Assembly: GCF_040938485.1 (NCBI RefSeq)
Contig: NW_027270981.1
Span: 992,001 to 1,056,000 of the forward strand
Direction of reading: 5' to 3'
Origin: Diadema antillarum
Taxonomy: Eukaryota
DNA: 64,000 nucleotides
Shown: positions 11,439-22,317 of the stretch, one piece after another
How the letters are laid out: each line of letters opens with the position of its first letter
Position numbering within the stretch: position 1 is the first letter of the stretch
Program-made: the position numbers and the translations under genes
The notes under the pieces: model-generated
What the model saw: the letters and a program-made list of their open reading frames with translations, nothing else
Told to the model about the DNA's origin: nothing
The model's database searches: none

Positions 11439-14198
11439 TTAAACTGGAATGGCATTATTTATTACCCTGTTTGATCTGAAGTTCTTCTCAAGCTTGGCCC
11501 AAAACAAATCCTGTCCGTATTCGTCTTCTTCCCATTTCAAGTACGGTCTGTTAGTGCTCAGGAAGAGCCGTACAAGATAAGGAAGTTGGTTTTCTTCCAC
11601 ATCCTCCTTGAAAATCAGGACAACTTTGTCCAATTTAGTTTCATTAATGTGTTCTAAGGCCATGCGCAGCTTGGTCATAAACCATGGCTCCTCCACCGAC
11701 TGGTTGCTGATCACAAGAACAGTCTTGTAGCTATTTTCCAGGGCATTGTGGATAGCGTCTACTAAGTACATAGCAATGTGGAGATAGTCGTCACCCCAGA
11801 GAATGCTTTCAAACTGGGGAAATTTTTCTTCCATGGCTGGTCTCATGACATTGTTGACCCAGTCGTCATCCCCATCAGAGAACATGATGTTAAGCTGGTG
11901 CTTATAGTCCTCTATTTGTTGATTGTCCTCCACTTCCTCATAGCCCAAGATGGCTAGCTTCAGGAGATAGAGCCGGTAGCGAAACCACCAGCGCTTATAG
12001 TATACAACTATAACCACATATCCCACCATGATAAGGACCAAGGAAACTGATACTATGAGTGTCACATTTAAGCTACAGAATTCTTCAGGATCAAAGAGTA
12101 GAAAAGGATGATTGACTAAAGTTTCGAAAGAGGATCTTGAGCAAATCGTCTTATTTGGTTGCATAAGGACAACACTGCTGAGCTCAACCCAGTTTCTGAA
12201 CCAAGCTAAATCGCACGTACATGAGAGTGGGTTGTGTGATAAGTCTAGATGCATAGGTGTAGGAAATATTGTACTGAGAGCTATGGTGGTGAGTTGATTC
12301 TCTGACAGAAATAAGTTGAAGAGATAAGGTGTGTCATTGAACAGTGTGAGTGGCAGAGACCTAACTGAGCTCTTTTCGAAGAAAAGAGATCCAAGACTGT
12401 GGAGACCATACAGAGCATGCACAGATGGTTCTTGAATTTGGTTTCCACTGAGATACAATGTTGTCAGGGAGGACAAATTTTGAAACAGTCCTGGTTTCAG
12501 TACATTAATCTTTGAGTCAGAGATATCCAAGGTTTTCAGTTTTTTTAGTGAACTGAAGGTTCCAATTTCCATGCTGTTCAAGGAATTTCCTTTCAGGTAA
12601 AGCCTTTCAAGCATTGCTTGACCAGCAAACAAAGAATGGTTAGTTTTGTTATCAAACAAACCTTCGCTTTCTAAATTGTTGAAACGCAAACGGAGCTTTC
12701 GCAGTGATGTAGCTCCTGTGAACTGGTACGTGGAATTCATATTAAGTTTCGTGTATGACAGATCCAGTATTTGTAGATCAGTCATCTCTCGGAAAACTTC
12801 AGCAAGGTAAGAGTAGCCTTCTGAATTCAGATACAACTCTTGAAGATGTGGTGTTTGTGCAAATGCAACAGGAGAATATACTGTAATCCCATTATGGGAC
12901 ACATCTAGAACTTTGATATTTGGGACTCCCCCTAACACATTGTGAGAAAGTTTACCTAAGTTGTTGAAAGCGAGGTCTAGAGTAAGCAGAGTTTTAATAG
13001 CCCAGGGTCTGTCTTTACAGGAAAGATTGAAGTGTTGTATCATAGAAAGCTGTAGGAAGGAGTCGGGATGTAATGTGACAATTTTATTGTGGGAAATGTT
13101 CAAATGGAGGAGGTTTTCATTGCAGGAAAATGCACCCAGTGACAGAGCGGAAATGTGATTTTCAGATATGTCCAGGATCTGCAATGAATGAAGTCCACAA
13201 AAAGATGCATTTGCAATATTTGTGATCTTGTTCAGCTGTATTGAAAGACTTAATGTGTGATAGAAACCACAAAATGCATTTTGAGGGATATCAGAAATCC
13301 AGTTGCTGCCCAGATCAATGTTCAGTATGTGAGGAATGGGAACTCTTTCACATGTAGACTTGTTTAATGGAATTATTTCCTGGAGTAAAGTGCCATAGAA
13401 TGACAGTTTCTTAATCTTCAAGTTACTCATGAATGCCAACACTTCAAATTTGTTAATTTGATTCCCGTCAAGGGTAATCAAGTCAACACTTGTAAGGTCA
13501 GAGAATACCTCAGGTAATACTTCAGTGATTTTGTTATGAGTGAAGTCTAAAGATAGCATGGAATTGTTTTGTAGGGGGAAAAATGCATGATGAGGAATGG
13601 ATATAATATTGTTCAATGACAAATCTATATTAGTTATTTTCTTCCAATGTGAAGCAGATTGAAAATCAAGTGATTGTATAAAATTTTTCATCAAAATTAG
13701 TGTCTCTAACCTTGCTAAGTCATTCATTGCAGTTATAGGCACAGCTTTCAACAAATTATTGCCTAAATTTACTCGAGTGAGATTCCTGTTAGAATTTAGC
13801 AGCCCAGGATGAATTTTTGTCAACCTATTTTTTGAAAGACATAATATTTCAAGATGAATGAGAGGTGCAAATGCAGCATTTTCTATGTAATTGATGACAT
13901 TCTTCTGCAAATTTAAGGTGATTAAATTCCAGAGGTGTACAAAAGAGTTATTTTGAAGTTGTGATATAAGGTTGTGTGATAAATCTAAAGCAATGGTCGT
14001 GTTCGGGAGGTCTTGGGGAACTGACTTCAGATGGCGTTTATTGCAGTAGACCTTGATGCCTCGGCTAGTATTCACCTCGTTACAGTTGTGTTGGGGAGGC
14101 GCCATTTGGTCTGTTGAGAAGTCAGCTGACACTGACAGCAGAAATGCCACCCACAGCACTGGTATAATGCTGCTTAGAGCACACATTAAGGAATGCAT
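11439..14198 (-). CDS. Toll-like receptor TLR-A (single cysteine cluster type), 919 aa
   Basis: Signal peptide, tandem LxxLxLxxN repeats, LRR-CT NPLSCTCDLAWF...C...C, TM LIVSVSLVLIMVGYVVIVVYY, echinoid-type TIR ending NNAIPV; uninterrupted ORF. Confidence 0.97.
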   Translation of the reverse strand: MHSLMCALSSIIPVLWVAFLLSVSADFSTDQMAPPQHNCNEVNTSRGIKVYCNKRHLKSVPQDLPNTTIALDLSHNLISQLQNNSFVHLWNLITLNLQKNVINYIENAAFAPLIHLEILCLSKNRLTKIHPGLLNSNRNLTRVNLGNNLLKAVPITAMNDLARLETLILMKNFIQSLDFQSASHWKKITNIDLSLNNIISIPHHAFFPLQNNSMLSLDFTHNKITEVLPEVFSDLTSVDLITLDGNQINKFEVLAFMSNLKIKKLSFYGTLLQEIIPLNKSTCERVPIPHILNIDLGSNWISDIPQNAFCGFYHTLSLSIQLNKITNIANASFCGLHSLQILDISENHISALSLGAFSCNENLLHLNISHNKIVTLHPDSFLQLSMIQHFNLSCKDRPWAIKTLLTLDLAFNNLGKLSHNVLGGVPNIKVLDVSHNGITVYSPVAFAQTPHLQELYLNSEGYSYLAEVFREMTDLQILDLSYTKLNMNSTYQFTGATSLRKLRLRFNNLESEGLFDNKTNHSLFAGQAMLERLYLKGNSLNSMEIGTFSSLKKLKTLDISDSKINVLKPGLFQNLSSLTTLYLSGNQIQEPSVHALYGLHSLGSLFFEKSSVRSLPLTLFNDTPYLFNLFLSENQLTTIALSTIFPTPMHLDLSHNPLSCTCDLAWFRNWVELSSVVLMQPNKTICSRSSFETLVNHPFLLFDPEEFCSLNVTLIVSVSLVLIMVGYVVIVVYYKRWWFRYRLYLLKLAILGYEEVEDNQQIEDYKHQLNIMFSDGDDDWVNNVMRPAMEEKFPQFESILWGDDYLHIAMYLVDAIHNALENSYKTVLVISNQSVEEPWFMTKLRMALEHINETKLDKVVLIFKEDVEENQLPYLVRLFLSTNRPYLKWEEDEYGQDLFWAKLEKNFRSNRVINNAIPV

Positions 14199-14864
14199 AG
14201 TGAATGCAGGCTTGAGATCCTCAAAATGCTGTTACCTCCACTTCCTTTGAAAATCTGACAACAGTATTAAGGTCTTTTGGGCAAGCAAGCTGTTGACAGT
14301 ATGCAGTCTACGTATATCATCAGATTTCTGTGAGTGCAACGATAGTCCAGGGAACTATGTCTCCCATGTAGCTACTTCCAGTTGAATTAAGACTACAAAT
14401 TTCAACTGTCAGTAAGAGTTAAGCACCAAGTTTAAGAGCAACATGTTTCCACCTTTCACAGTTGTTGGAACAACTCTACCTCAGTCAGGAAGGATTACAT
14501 CAGAGCAGTGAAACAGCTAGGGTATTTATGTTAGATGTTCAGGTGGATGGCTATGACTTATCAAAATTGCTTTCTAGAGCTTCTGGCACTCACAGTTTCA
14601 AGTTGTTCACAGTATTGCTCATGCATTCCAACAATGACATGTAAGGGTTAAAATGTCCATAAGGTGTCTCAAAGTCCAGAAAGAATAACTGGATATTCGT
14701 AGAAAATCAGCTACAGTTGGTCAGATATTGCATCAAAGTGCCGTGATGATTCACTCCTAAGACACTGTAATGGCAAGGAGGTGGCTTTATTTCAAAGGTC
14801 AGTTTGACTTGCAATCGAGATTGAGGCTTGAAGTTGAGGTCCTGCTAATCTTTGTAGGTGGGAT

Positions 14865-15060
14865 GAGCAGTGTTACCCGTCTAAAAATCCTGTCCTTTGG
14901 ACCAGATAGAATGGAAGTCTGATGAACCACATGTGAAAAAAGTCTTGACACATGCACATAAAAGGTCCTACCATACTTCTCTTTGCAAGGAGCAGGGTGC
15001 ACATTTGAAGCAGTCACTCCCACTCATGGGCGATCCATGCTGTGGACCCTTTGTAGTTCA
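14865..15060 (+). mobile_element. Old SINE-core remnant upstream of TLR-A
   Basis: ATGGAAGTC...CATGCACATAAAAGGTCC...GCAAGGAGCAGGGTG aligns to the SINE at 51238-51565. Confidence 0.6.
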
Positions 15061-16028
15061 CCTCATCCCAGGTGATCAGCAGTGCCATATAGAAATGAAT
15101 GCATGAAAGCATGTTTGTCTTAAGGTCTCCATGTGACAGCTACCAGATCATAGAATGCTAAACTCTGCTGTAAAGGCACAGTGCTAGAGGCTTATAGGTA
15201 GGGCATCAAGAAGTTGCAGTGACCTTGCACAGGAAATTCACAGTGGCCATGTTGTTGCAGTTAGGTCCATGACTGATGGTCAGCTGATGCACTGCATGTC
15301 TCAGGTATAGCTACTAATTGACAAAAGGCATAGATTCTCTATTGGCATGAGAGCCGTCAGTATGAATTAAATGTAAGTGTAATTCATTGTGCTCTCTTAT
15401 ACACGAATTGTGTTGGAAATCTCACATTGCATTTTGTTAATATGCTACTTTGGAAAACCAATCAATCAAAAGTGTGCGTCCAATTAATCATGCATACAAA
15501 TTGTACTTGAAATAAGTGCAGTCTCATTTGTAATAAATCATCAATACAAGTTTCAGTTTGGTTGAAGCATGGCTTAAGACTGCAGCTTCTTAATATCCAA
15601 TGTGGATTTCCTGATGTACATGTATCGTTGCTTTATTGGTGGAGCCTTCAGAAGGAAAGACTGTGCAATTTGTTACATATAATTTCAAGAAGGGATGTGA
15701 AGATCACCTGACATTATCAAGTGGAGATACTGAACTTTAGAACCAAATTTAGAATTGATGAGCATTGCAGTGCTGGATTTCATATTGTGAAGTTTCTCAA
15801 GTCTGAACAGTTAAGGAGTGATCTGGTTACCAGAGAATACAACTTCAATGCAGGACCAAATTGTGTGGTATCATTGCATGTAATCAAATTGGTTCCACGG
15901 CAAATGCATTTTTTGTCATATTACATCAAGTAACTATTTTCATTCATATATTGTAGGCTGGGCTCAAACCAATTTGCTTAATCTATTTCACTCAAGGGTT
16001 CAGAGAAGGAACACACCAAACAACCATA

Positions 16029-16790
16029 TGTGACCCGCTACAACAAAATGGTCCTAAAGTCGCGCACGGTCGAAGCCGTGAAAATCGAGTTTGAAGTTAG
16101 AGCATCAAAATTGGTCAAAACTTACGATTTTCTGAATTTGACATATTATTAGAGTCTGACATGTCTTCTATCATCTGTCGAAATTTTGAAGCAAAATGAT
16201 GAAAGGAAAGACCAAAAAATAGCGTTTTTCTGGGCCATGTTTTTTTGGCGTTTCAACGAAGCAGAAACTGGTTCGAACATTTGGATTGAGCGCCACACAT
16301 AGGCTCCGCCCCTAACAACGACCAGAGTGATCTCATTGGTCAGTTTGCTGCTTGCCGCTAACCGAAGCGTGAAGCTCGCACACTGCCCAGTCGACTGGTG
16401 CGTGCGGGCGGGTTGCGCTATGCCTAGCCGCTTCTCCTGACATCCTGCTCACTGATTGGTCGGTGAGGAGACCGCCGACGCTGTGTTTGAATGAGCAGTT
16501 CGGAGGTTGCTAGGGCTTAACTTCTATTGTCCGGAGGTGAATACGGACTTGCGTGTCTCTTGTTTGTGATTGCGTCGCAAGGAGAACTTTTAGGGCGCTT
16601 TTCTCGAAACAGTGATTTCCCAGACGTCTTGACATGCTCTCTTTTAAACATCGATATCTCCGCAACCGATTATTTTTGTAAGACGTGTTATATATCAATT
16701 TAAAGCAGAAAGATTAGGGAATGGTGTCATGCAATTTTCAAATAATCGACCTCGCCCGACTTTAGGATCATTTTGTTGTAGCGGGTCACA
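16029..16790. mobile_element. MITE with ~35-bp TIRs
   Basis: TGTGACCCGCTACAACAAAATGGTCCTAAAGTCG / CGACTTTAGGATCATTTTGTTGTAGCGGGTCACA; TA (or ATAT) TSD; absent at the paralogous site near 51840. Confidence 0.85.
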
Positions 16791-16898
16791 TATGTTAGCT
16801 TTTGCACTATTCCCTGTTTTCAGTACGTGTCAATGCCCCACAAAATGAACAATTCTGATATAATGAAGTAGAACCCAATAAAATATATTCATTCTTAA

Positions 16899-17442
16899 AG
16901 GACAAGTTCACATAGGGATTGAGAAAATGTAGCAATATTTAGAATACATCATTGAAAGTTTGAGGAAAATCGGACAATCTGTTTAAAAGTTATGAATTTT
17001 TGAAGTTTTTGTGCAGTAACCGCTGGATAAGAAGACTACTGCAGTGTACGATGTCACATGCATACAACAATATAAGGAAAGTATAAAGAGAATTTCACAA
17101 AATTTCATCTTTCGAAAAAAGTACACATTCCCTTGACTCATTACCGACATGTCATGGGTGATATTATTCCCCCTACATTTAGAAAGAGGCAAGTCAAATG
17201 CTCTTTTATTATGCCAAAACAATGAAAATATGTTGAATTTTCTTTAAATTTTCTTTATACAGTTGTACTTATATGACATCACAAGCTGTAGTAGTCTCCT
17301 CATCCAGCAGTTCCAACACAAAAAATTTGAAAATTCATAACTTTTGCATCGATTGCCCAATTTTCCCCAACTTTCACTGATGTGTTCTACTAATATTGCT
17401 GCATTTTCTCAATCCTTATGTTTATGAAGGTGAACTTGTCAT
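16899..17442. mobile_element. TTAA-target MITE (Kolobok-like)
   Basis: TTAA|AGGACAAGTTCAC...GTGAACTTGTCAT|TTAA; a paralogous partial copy lies at 27670-28032. Confidence 0.75.
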
Positions 17443-19059
17443 TTAAGATTATCGTATCTAAACAAATCTTAATATCTACTCAGAGATCAAATGCATTGGA
17501 ACAGCTCAATACTGACAATTATGAATATACATTGTATATAAAGATTAAAAAAGATGAAATTCTATCCATATGTATCCATACAAATTTGGAAAACCCTTTC
17601 ACAGTTGTATGTGGCAGATTTGATTAATAGTGTGCTCATGTACTGTTCTCTTGGAATTATATGTGGAGACTTTTGCCATACTGAATGATACTGTCTATGC
17701 CAATATGTTCTTTGCTAACAGTGCATCAGTTCAAATGTGAGACAGTTCAAGGTATCTGTGGCAATATGTAGAGCTTGTCACATTTAACTTTTCTCATGGA
17801 TACATTGATGGTCCCCTAAATAAGATATCGAGCCTACATTTCGATTCAAACCTTTTTTTTTTTTTGTATGGCAAGTATGCTTTTAAGTTAATGGAGGGCA
17901 GAAAAAAATAGTAAAAACTCCCTTAAATGTCAGTAAAACTATTCCAGGCAAGATTTACCATGATAAAAGCGTGTGCAACATTTTATTTCATTGTGTGAGG
18001 ACTCGCAGTACATTGAAGTGAATATTGATATGTGACATTTCATGTTCATTCATTTTTATATAGCATATAATCACCTATTACATCTACAATAATTGCAGAA
18101 TATGTGGCATGTATTTCTTGGCCTCTTCCTTTATGGACCTTCATTCTTTTTAGTTTTTCAAAGATTTAATCAAGTTCTTACATGGTAACACATATTGCAA
18201 AATTAAAATGTTGAATCATTCATTGATGATATAAATTAAATTATGCAAATACACAACAGCTTTGTGTAGCTACAGAGGTTAATTTTCAGAAACCAGAAAG
18301 AGACATCTAGATTTGTGTCAGGGTTTGTTACAGACAAAACCACGCTATACACCAATTATATTGTGGTGGTGTACCAATATTAGTGCGCAATACAGTATAT
18401 GCAGAGAATATGTAGTCATGGCTTATGTATGCTATCATTCACTTTGCATATTAATGGTGATATAAATGGAGAGCCGTAGACATAGTGTTTACTCTAACTA
18501 TCACAGTTCCTTTTTTATCATATTTCCTAGCTAAATTCTGACATTGTGATTTCACAGAGTTTATGCTTTTTTTTTTTTCAATTTACATCTTTCCTTTTGG
18601 AAGCACAAATGCAGGTCAATTTCAGAAGAACAAGAGAACTTCTACACGACACAAAAATAGACAATGAAATAAACAACTGCCTGAACAAACAACAAACCAA
18701 GCTGTTGTTTTGCACAGTTTATGCTGCACATAATATTGTCAGTCAAGCATATCTTACATTCAAATAGGACATTTCTCTCTATCGCACAATGTGGGCACAT
18801 TCAGTCCAAAACAGTCACTTATTAATACATGGGTACCCTGTCAACTAACAGTGGGGGAAAAAACAAAACAAACAAAACAACCCGCTATCAATTCTAAAAA
18901 AACAACAACAACATCACAACAACAACAGCCATCTTGTGGGATACAAATGTACCTAATGACCAAATGACTGTATACATAGAGGCAGATGACACACACACAC
19001 TGTATGTGTAACCTCCCCCCACACCCCCCCCCCCAACTTTAAGATCTTGCCACATTTGT

Positions 19060-19380
19060 GGAGAGGGCGCTCTCTACATTTTAGTTCCTCTTCATGCAAA
19101 AACAAAAGTAGTGTCAATGCCACTGAGGGAAAGTAGCCTACTGTTCAAACATCTGAATAATGAGCTCATTAAATTTGCTAGTGAATTCTCACACAGTAAA
19201 AAGAAGGAATTATGTGCTATCAATCTATCACTTATGAGGAAGTAAAGTAAATAGCTGTCAGCAGATATTCATACTGTAAGAGAGATGAGTGTTGATCCAG
19301 TAGCATACCCATATTTTGCACATCAGTTCTCACATTTGGTCTGCTAAGTTTCTTAGGGTAGTGAGAAATATTAAGAATCA
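19060..19380. promoter_or_regulatory. Conserved non-coding ETS block (copy 2)
   Basis: CTCACAC at 19188, GAGGAAGT at 19236; homologous to copies 1, 3, 6. Confidence 0.45.
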
Positions 19381-19639
19381 TTAAAGAAAATGAAAAATGC
19401 AGTAAAACATGTAGAGTTTTCAGTTGGAGACAGTGATTATCTGAAAAGAAAAATGTCATGTTTAGATGTGTCTGCCAAACAGTAATTACAAACAAATGGG
19501 CTGGTTATTTAAAAAAAAATAGGGAGAAAAAAAAAAGTTTATAATATACTCATGTACCACGTACAAGTACGAACAGGAAAGTACCTTTCAATATCAATCT
19601 AGGATCTAATTGTACATGACACATCCTACCTAATTAGAA

Positions 19640-21360
19640 ACTAGAAAAGCATTCGGAGGGTGCAGACCTCCATCAAGCAGCTAATTTCCACCCATACACA
19701 GATGCTGCATGGAAATCTCCCAATTTCCCAATATAAGAGAAGCCTTTTGTTTATGTCATGAGCTTGCAATTGTGTGGCACCTTGCCTGATCAGGGAATGC
19801 TCTAAAGTGCATGTGTGCAGATCTCAAATATAAACACCTTGAACTCCCAAGTTCATTGACCACATCTGCCAAAAGTAAAAAAAAAATCCTTCAAAAATTC
19901 ATAAAAATTTCTTGATCACTGCCAAAATTCAGTCATCTGTTCTGTGTGTCACTACTTTCCTGCAAGCTTCATCCGAATCCATTCACAGTTTTTTGTCCCC
20001 GCCGAACGAGTTCGAGCAGGGGACTATGAAACGGGCTCCGTACGTGTGTGTGTCCGTGTGTCCGTCCGTCCGTCCGTCCGTGTGTCCGTCCGTCCGTCCG
20101 TCCGTGTGTCCGTGTGTGCGTCCGTGTGTGATCAAAATCTTCAATTTGCTACTTCTCTGTCATTTATGAGCCAATTTTGATTCTGTTTGCTTTATATGAT
20201 AGCACTACATGGGAGCTTTGAAACTTCTACACAGAATTTCAGTCGTGACCTTTGACCTTGACCTTTGACCTATATTGTACATTTTGCTACAAAATGCTAC
20301 TCCTTCGCCATTTCTAACCCGATTTCGATTCCGTTTGCTTTATATGATGGCACTAGGTGAGGGCTTCAAAACTTCTACACAGAATTTTGACCTTTGACTT
20401 CTTTGACCTTTGACCTTGATTTTTGACCTATATTGTACATTTTGCTACAAAATGCTACTCCTTCGCCATTTCTAACCCGATTTCGATTCCGTTTGCTTTA
20501 TGTGATGGCACTAGGTGAGGGCATCAAAACTTCTACACAGAATTTTGACCTTTGCCTTCTTTGACCTTTGACCTTGATTTTTGACCTATATTGTACATTT
20601 TGCTACAAAATGCTACTCCTTCGCCATTTCTAACCCGATTTCGATTCCGTTTGCTTTATGTGATGGCACTAGGTGAGGGCTTCAAAACTTCTACACAGAA
20701 TTTTGACCTTTGCCTTCTTTGACCTTTGACCTTGATTTTTGACCTATATTGTACATTTTGCTACAAAATGCTACTCCTTCGCCATTTCTAACCCGATTTC
20801 GATTCCGTTTGCTTTATGTGATGGCACTAGGTGAGGGCTTCAAAACTTCTACACAGAATTTTGACCTTTGCCTTCTTTGACCTTTGACCTTGATTTTTGA
20901 CCTGTATTGTACATTGGCTACAAAATGCTACTCCTTCGCCATTTCTAACCCGATTTCGATTCCGTTTGCTTTATGTGATGGCACTAGGTGAGGGCTTCAA
21001 AACTTTACACAGAATTTTGACCTTTGACTTCTTTGACCTTTGACCTTGATTTTTGACCTGTATTGTACATTGGCTATAAAATGCTACTCCTTCGCCATTT
21101 CTAACCCGATTTCGATTCCGTTTGCTTTATGTGATGGCACTAGGTGAGGGCCTCAAAACTTTTACACAGAATTTAGACCTTTGACTTCTTTGACCTTTGA
21201 CCTTGATTTTTTACCTATATTGCACATTTTGCTACAAAATGCTACTTTCGGCGGGGACATATATTACGCACCGCGTAATTTCTACTTTTCCTTGTTTATA
21301 GTTATTTTGCACACAAACAAACAAATGTCAACAAAAACATAACCTTGGCAGAGGTAATAA
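19640..21360 (-). mobile_element. Helentron-type non-autonomous element (HINE), interrupted by a second HINE
   Basis: Minus strand starts TTATTACCTCTGCCAAGG-(TTTG)n and ends ...GAATGCTTTTCTAGT; an uninterrupted paralog lies at 32436-32845. Confidence 0.6.
19989..21286 (+). mobile_element. Helentron/DINE-1-like HINE with a 158-bp internal tandem array
   Basis: Sub-TIRs TGTCCCCGCCGAA (19994) and TTCGGCGGGGACA (21247); (GTCC)n at 20041-20130; 3' hairpin ATTACGC-ACC-GCGTAAT (21263-21279); T-rich insertion site; array anchor at 20288, 20446, 20604, 20762, 20919, 21075, 21233. Confidence 0.85.
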
Positions 21361-22317
21361 TGAAATAGTTGGTAATATACAGGTAGAAAGATAGTACAGG
21401 AATTGGCCAAAGCGTAGAACATATAACAAAGAGATCCGACAGAACAAACAAAATAAGTGCAAAGTGGAGATGCAGGAAATTGCATGTATAATCATATGCA
21501 TATATGCGTGAATCAATGACTGCAGTGTACATATCTTTTCAACCAGAAAGGTTGTAATTCTTGGATTCTGCCTATAGTTTAATCGCATTATCATCCCATC
21601 TATTTGGTAGTGTATTTTGTTCATTATTATGTTACCCAACACAACATTACAGTTCAGGACCATTCTGGTGAGATGCAATGACATGCATTTCAAGCACATA
21701 TAACAGTGATCATGATTTGATCTGGAACGGCCAAGCTTCTAAACAACAGCAGGTTGACAAGTTTTTATGGGCATTGACTTTGCCCATCATTTTACCGCTA
21801 TCTTCGGCTTTCCTTCAATGGAGTTTGAGTTCTTGTACCTATCACTGACAAACCCTTGTGTTCAGTTGAGAGTCTGAAGCATTAGTTCAGTCAATATCTG
21901 AATGAAGTCAATATGGTGGTTTCACCATAAAGTAACACTGGTGGCGTCACACAGTGGAATCGATCAATCCATGCAACACAGGAGAACAACAGTATGAAGT
22001 CTTGATTTGTGGCTCAATAACTGTACTGGCACCTAACTGCCTTCCCTCTCATTTTGTGCATGTTGTGTCAGATACTAATAGTGCCTTTGAGCCCAACAAT
22101 GGGGGCAGAAAGATTTCATGAATAGCACTCCAGGATCATGCAGTCAATACTATGTCATTAGGAAGAGTTGTTCAATAAAACAAAATCTGCCCACATGATT
22201 TCAACTACAATGGGATAATTCCCCAAAAAACGTTGTCACAGAGATTTGTACATAATCCAAATTATTTATCATAACCATCAGAGATGTTTGCAAATGTCAG
22301 TTAAAGGGGTGTATTCT

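Noticed and set aside
19912-20180. ORFs with PSVR / VRVS repeats
   Set aside because: Translation of the (GTCC)n microsatellite of the HINE.
20200-21245. 158-bp array as a CRISPR array or standalone satellite
   Set aside because: No variable spacers; bounded by Helentron-type sub-TIRs and hairpin.
21740-22130. Hidden coding exon in the TLR 3' module
   Set aside because: The frames I tested contain stops that differ between paralogs.
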